A DNA stretch of 21,905 bases from an uncultured virus (IMG/VR IMGVR_UViG_2061766007_001711) (taxonomy: Duplodnaviria > Heunggongvirae > Uroviricota > Caudoviricetes): IMG/VR virus record IMGVR_UViG_2061766007_001711; one strand, given 5' to 3'. Positions 17,302 through 21,905 of this stretch are shown piece after piece. The position numbers and the translations under genes were made by a program. The notes under the pieces were generated by a model, which saw nothing but the letters and a program-made list of their open reading frames with translations, made no database searches and had not been told where the DNA came from. How positions within the stretch are numbered: position 1 is the first letter of the stretch; every line of letters begins with the position of its first letter.

Positions 17302-19272
17302 TGGCCGCGCGCACGATCCAAATAAACAGTTTTTGCGGCGGCTCGTCGAAATTGGCGGACTCGGAATTCCTCGGCATGGAGGAATCCCTCAACATGTACC
17401 CGGAGACAGTCACCGCGACGGACTCCTACACGACAAAAGTCCTGAAATCGGTGGAAGGCTTCAACAAGGGGCCGACATTCGAGAGCAACGAGAAGTACCT
17501 CGGTATGGGCGTAGTCAATTCTAACCCGTGGAGCTCCCCTGCCATCAAGGAATCCTTCCTAGTCGTTACCCGCACGGGCGCCTCGAACGATTGCAAGGTG
17601 TGGAACATCTACGGCGGGACGAAGGCCCAGGTGGGCTCGCTCTCGTCCGGCTCTGGAGAACGCGCCATCGTCGAGGAACTCTCGAACGGCGTGGTGGTTT
17701 TCACGCTCGGNNNNNNNNNNCATGGGCGTAGTCAATTCTAACCCGTGGAGCTCCCCGGCCATCAAGGAATCTTTTCTAGTTGTTACCCGCACGGGCGCCT
17801 CGAACGATTGCAAGGTGTGGAACATCTACGGCGGTACGAAGGCCCAGGTGGGCTCGCTCTCGTCCGGCTCGGGCGAGCGCGCCATCGTCGAGGAACTCTC
17901 GAACGGCGTGGTGGTTTTCACGCTCGGCGGGTCCATGTACTCCGCCGACCCGACAAGCACCACCTCACCCGCCCCGGTATGCGTTCCTATTGTCTTGCCG
18001 GACGCTTTCGACCATGCGGGCAAGGTCAAGCCGACCCAGCTCGCGCAGCTAAATTTCCGCCTAATCGTCAACGACGAGGACAGCGACTACATCTATTGGA
18101 GCGAAATCAACCGCCCGCGCAGCACTGCGGACATGCACCCCTTCGAGCAGAGCCTCACGCAGTACGCGTACACCAAGACGGACGGGACGGTCGTCACCTT
18201 CTCGGACAACGTGTTCTACGCACCGAGCGCCGGCACGTACGACCCGAACACGCTCACCACGCAGACGGTCTACACGTCCGCACTCAACTCGATGAAGATG
18301 GACCTGAAGGCGGACAAGGTGGTCGCATTGAGGGCGACGGACACTTCGCTTTTCGTATTCGGGAACAACTCGCTCCAGGTGCTCCGCTGGCAGAATTCCA
18401 CGAGCGCGCCGTTCGCCATCGTGGCGAAGTCCTCCCTCGCGGGTGTCGCGTTTGCCGACGCCGTGGCGGTGGTTGGAAACGAGTGTTTCTTTGTCGGAAA
18501 GGGGCCGCAGGGTATGCTCGGCGTGTTCGCTGTGGACGAGAACTGCAACATCCGCAAGGTGAGCACGAACGCCGTGGACCAGAGGCTCGCGAAATATGCC
18601 GCAATCACGCACGGCTTCAAGGACATCCGCTCCTTCACGTACACCTACAAGGGCCACCAGTTCTTCATCTTCACCGCCGTGGAATACTACGATGAATTCG
18701 AGGAGACGATGGCCTACGACGTGGGCGAGGACGTATGGACTGACCGCGCCTCGTTCGACGAGAACGGCGACAAGTTCGCATGGTGCGCGGTGGACGCACA
18801 CCACATAGAAGGGCGCCCGACTTTCGTCACGAAAACACGCGGCGGCAAGTACCGCCTCGCGGAATTTGTTCCGAACAGCTCCACCGACCACTGGCTCGAG
18901 GAGACATCGGACGACCTGAACTACTACATCGTGAAGGAACGCACCACGGGCATCAAGTACGACGGCGTGAACGACATCGTCGTGACGTCCTTGGAGCTCG
19001 TGATGAACGCAGGGGCGACCATGCAGACGGACCCGTCGAAGCAGGGCTACAACCCGCGAGTCATGCTCCAGGTAAGCAACGATGGCGGGAGGACATGGAG
19101 CAACGAATTGTGGGCTTACGCCGGGAAGGTGGGGCAGTATTCGTGGCGTGTCCGCTGGAACGGCCTCGGAAGGGGCGCGCGTTTCGCCTTCCGAGTTCGC
19201 ATGACGGACCCGGTGACATTTGAAATTGCAACGGCATATTTGAGCTATCTACCTTGCGGGAATAGGGTGTAA
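17301..19272 (+). CDS. Packaged-DNA stabilization / tail hub protein, P22 gp10-like (about 584 aa after removing the 17504-17710/17721-17927 duplication)
   Basis: Beta-rich; LNMYPE, YKGHQFF, MAYDV...W and C-terminal VMLQVSNDGGRTWS...GKVGQY..RVRW..LG....FRVRMTDPV. Confidence 0.85.
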
Positions 19273-19274
19273 AA

Positions 19275-19601
19275 ATGGATTCGCAGATTTTGAGATTTGC
19301 CGACCTCGGCGACGGAGTGGTAGACACTAAAACGTATCTGCCGTTCATCGCCGTAAAGAATGGGCAGAACGTGCGGATGTTCACGGACGGGTTCATCGAC
19401 TTTTCCGTCGTTCCCGTGCTGAAGTTCCCGGACTCGCGCTTCAATTTCGCGGTCAAGTTCTACGAGCAGGAATCGGGCGAGATTGTGAGCGCCTACCCCT
19501 CGCGCGCGTTGATCGTCGAGGCGGGACGGACTGAAATGGAAATTAACGAAACGGCCATCGCGTATGCCGAGGCCGAACTCTTGACAAAGGAGAACCAGTA
19601 A
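19275..19601 (+). CDS. Hypothetical (probably virion) protein, 108 aa
   Basis: Tightly packed between the tail hub and ejection genes, with TAATG coupling. Confidence 0.75.
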   Translation: MDSQILRFADLGDGVVDTKTYLPFIAVKNGQNVRMFTDGFIDFSVVPVLKFPDSRFNFAVKFYEQESGEIVSAYPSRALIVEAGRTEMEINETAIAYAEAELLTKENQ

Positions 19602-21587
19602 TGGCAAACGCTTTGGAAAAATACCGCGCGAACGGACAGCCGGCGAAGCTGCCCACAACCGACGTGCAGCGCTTCGGATGGGACGATTTCACGGATTGGG
19701 TCGGTGATGCTGCCGGTTGGGCTTGGGAACACTCCCCCGGAGGCATCACTTCCGAATTCGTGGACGAGCTCACGACGGGCTCCGGCTCCGGCCTCGGCGC
19801 GGACATCGCGGGCTACATCACGGACCCGTTCACGAACCAGGACGAGGTCGATGCAGCCTACGCCAACGCGCAGAAAACGCTCGCGGACCAGCAGGCAAAG
19901 GCCCGCGCCGGTTACGCCGTGGCANNNNNNNNNNTATCGGCGCGCTGCCTGCCTCCACCACCGTGAGCGCCAAGCCGAGCGAAGGCTCCGACACCATCGT
20001 GCTCGCCTCCGCCAACATCACGACCGCCACGGTCATCAAGGCCGGCACGGTGTTCACCGTCGCCAACGTCTCGAAGTGCGACGTGCTCGGTCATGTCATG
20101 GACGANNNNNNNNNNCGCGGTTCTGCGCCATCTTCTCGGCGGTCGCCATCTGGATGTCGGCCATCGTGAGCGCGTTCGCGGACTGGTCCGCCATGGCCGG
20201 GGAGGCGAACGGAATCGCGACCTTTTCTTCCGTCTTTTCGGTGATGTAATCGGAAAGTGCCATTATTTCGCCCCCATTTCGTCGAGTTCCTTCTGCAACG
20301 CGGCAATCTGCGCCTCGTTTTCCTTTATCTGGTCGTCAATTTCCGCGATTTCCTCGGAGTCGTCGAACTGCGCGAAGAAATCCCGCGTCTTTTGGGCGTC
20401 GTATGCGCCCTTCGCGGCGCCGAGGATGGCCCCGAGGCCTTCGCCNNNNNNNNNNNNNNNNNNNNNNNNNNNNNNNNNNNNNNNNNNNNNNNNNNNNNNN
20501 NNNNNNNNNNNNNNNNNNNNNNNNNNNNNNNNNNNNNNNNNNNNNNNNNNNNNNNNNNNNNNNNNNNNNNNNNNNNNNNNNNNNNNNNNNNNNNNNNNNN
20601 NNNNNNNNNNNNNNNNNNNNNNNNNNNNNNNNNNNNNNNNNNNNNNNNNNNNNNNNNNNNNNNNNNNNNNNNNNNNNNNNNNNNNNNNNNNNNNNNNNNN
20701 NNNNNNNNNNNNNAACAAGCAGATAGCCGACACGCGCGGCGAGATTTCCGACATGATTGGCGCGGACGCCATGGACAACTACAAGGCGCTCCTCTACCAG
20801 CTCAACCCGAGCGCATACGCCGCCGACACCTCGCCCATCAAGGGCTTCGAATTCGACCGCGACGTGTCCAAGTATCTCGACCCCAACGCCGAATATGTCA
20901 TCGACCAGAGCGTAGAAGCCGCGAANNNNNNNNNNGTACTTGGACACGTCGCGCTCAAATTCGAAGCCCTTGATGGGGGAGGTGTCGGCGGCGTATGCGC
21001 TCGGGTTGAGCTGGTAGAGGAGCGCCTTGTAGTTGTCCATGGCGTCCGCGCCAATCATGTCGGAAATCTCTCCGCGCGTGTCGGCAATCTGCTTGCCTGC
21101 CACGGCGTAACCGGCGCGGGCCTTTGCCTGCTGGTCCGCGAGCGTTTNNNNNNNNNNGCAGGCCATGAGCGGCCAGGGCGGCATGACTGGCGGGGCCGCT
21201 GCTCGCGCATTGCAGGCCGAAGCCTCCGCGAAGGCATCCGAGCTCTACGGCGACGCGTTCGACCGCATGATGGAAGCCACCGGGCAGGAATACGGCAAGG
21301 CACGCGACACCGTGAGCGCCGAGCAGGCAGCCAAGCAGACCGCCGCCGACCTGAAAAAGTTCCAGGTGGAAGGCTCCGGCAACCTCGCGGGCTCCCTCGT
21401 CGGCAACATGCAGGGCTTGACCGAGGACCAGGTGCAGCTACTCCTGGCGCAGATGGCTACCGACTCGAGCTACGCCGGGGCAATCGCGCAGCTCATGATG
21501 GACCAGGCTAGCCAGCCGACCACCGCGCAGCAGATTCTCGGCCTCGGCGGCGACGTCGCGAACATTTACAGCGCATTCTCGAAATAG
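19601..21587 (+). CDS. DNA ejection/transfer protein (gp7-like), in pieces 19601-19924, 20714-20925 and 21158-21587, bridged by the inverted allele 20936-21147
   Basis: Gly/Ala/Gln-rich; DPNAEYVIDQ...SGQGGMTGGAAARALQ...LYGDAFDR. The bridge piece overlaps both neighbours. Confidence 0.65.
19935..20105 (+). CDS. Misplaced coat-protein segment (insertion-domain-like)
   Basis: IKAGTVFTVANV resembles the LKxGDVFTIAGV motif of P22-like coats and reads on from ...MPVI(S) at 15093. Confidence 0.6.
20116..20445 (-). CDS. Inverted contig: 3' half of the 89-aa gene (20263-20445) plus the start of the next gene MALSDYITEK... (20116-20263)
   Basis: GEGLGAILGAAKGAYDA overlaps 21690-21739; TAATG coupling. 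Confidence 0.75.
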
Positions 21588-21602
21588 GAAGGGGTGACGA
21601 CC

Positions 21603-21739
21603 ATGGCATTGAACTTTACACCGCTTACGGCCTACCGCATCGAGGTTATGGACGGAATCAGGCAGCGCGCCGAGAACCAGCGCCGCATGGGCGAAGGCCT
21701 CGGGGCCATCCTCGGCGCCGCGAAGGGCGCATACGACGC
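21603..21739 (+). CDS. Small putative ejection protein, 5' half (MALNFTPL...; about 89 aa in total)
   Basis: Purine-rich RBS; completed by 20263-20445 on the minus strand. Confidence 0.7.
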
Positions 21740-21810
21740 NNNNNNNNNNTGGCGAAGGCCTCGGGGCCATCCTCGGCGCAGCGAAGGGCGCATACGACGC
21801 NNNNNNNNNN

Positions 21811-21905
21811 TGACAACGTGTTCTACGCCCCGAGCGCAGGCACGTATAACCCGTCCACGCTCACCACGCAGACGGTCTACACGTCCGCACTCAACTCGAT
21901 GAAGA
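21811..21905 (+). repeat. Allelic fragment of the tail hub gene (matches about 18204-18298)
   Basis: DNVFYAPSAGTYNPSTLTT versus DNVFYAPSAGTYDPNTLTT. Confidence 0.9.

Larger units (their letters stand above)
1226..21905. mobile_element. Tailed phage or prophage genome segment with P22-like head, tail and ejection module (composite of several haplotypes)
   Basis: Order terS-terL-portal-scaffold-coat-adaptor-tail hub-ejection genes on +, with a divergent early replication/recombination arm on -. No host housekeeping genes are present. Confidence 0.92.

Noticed and set aside
15177..21147. Invertible segments or shufflon in the tail region
   Set aside because: The inverted pieces are bounded by N gaps, have no shared recombination sites or nearby invertase, and overlap plus-strand genes as simple alleles.
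17504..21905. Diversity-generating retroelement TR/VR pairs
   Set aside because: Mismatches are not adenine-specific, are mostly at third codon positions, and no reverse transcriptase is present.
1..21905. Host or taxonomic assignment
   Set aside because: No host genes, att site or other diagnostic marker; GC content and codon style alone are insufficient.

Overview
A heavily gapped scaffold of a tailed dsDNA phage with a P22-like (podovirus-type) morphogenesis module. The left arm (1300-4620, minus strand, about 60-65% GC) carries early genes: a replication-initiator-like protein, a possible helicase loader, a RecT-like annealing protein and small ORFs. An AT-rich divergent control region follows (4621-4978). 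The plus-strand late region holds a membrane protein, a ParB-fused DNA methyltransferase, terminase small and large subunits, portal, scaffold, coat, head-tail adaptor, a gp10-like tail hub and DNA-ejection proteins. Bases 1-1215 are lower GC and encode an SF3 primase-helicase fragment plus tiny coupled ORFs, possibly from another element. The many 10-N joins with near-duplicate, reordered or inverted pieces show that at least three related haplotypes were merged, so apparent duplications and frameshifts are assembly artefacts. They do expose real variation. The best-supported novelty is two otherwise unrelated small-terminase genes that share only a 37-aa C-terminal tail and overlap the start of near-identical terL alleles in the same way. 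Also notable are an AT-rich catalytic cassette swapped in-frame into the methyltransferase, an RBS-sequestering pseudoknot or kissing-loop candidate, a 42-bp palindrome and a recurring TGACA-N17/18-TGTCA motif. All protein family calls come from motif recognition and synteny, not database searches. No integrase, repressor, endolysin, tRNA or CRISPR array was seen.
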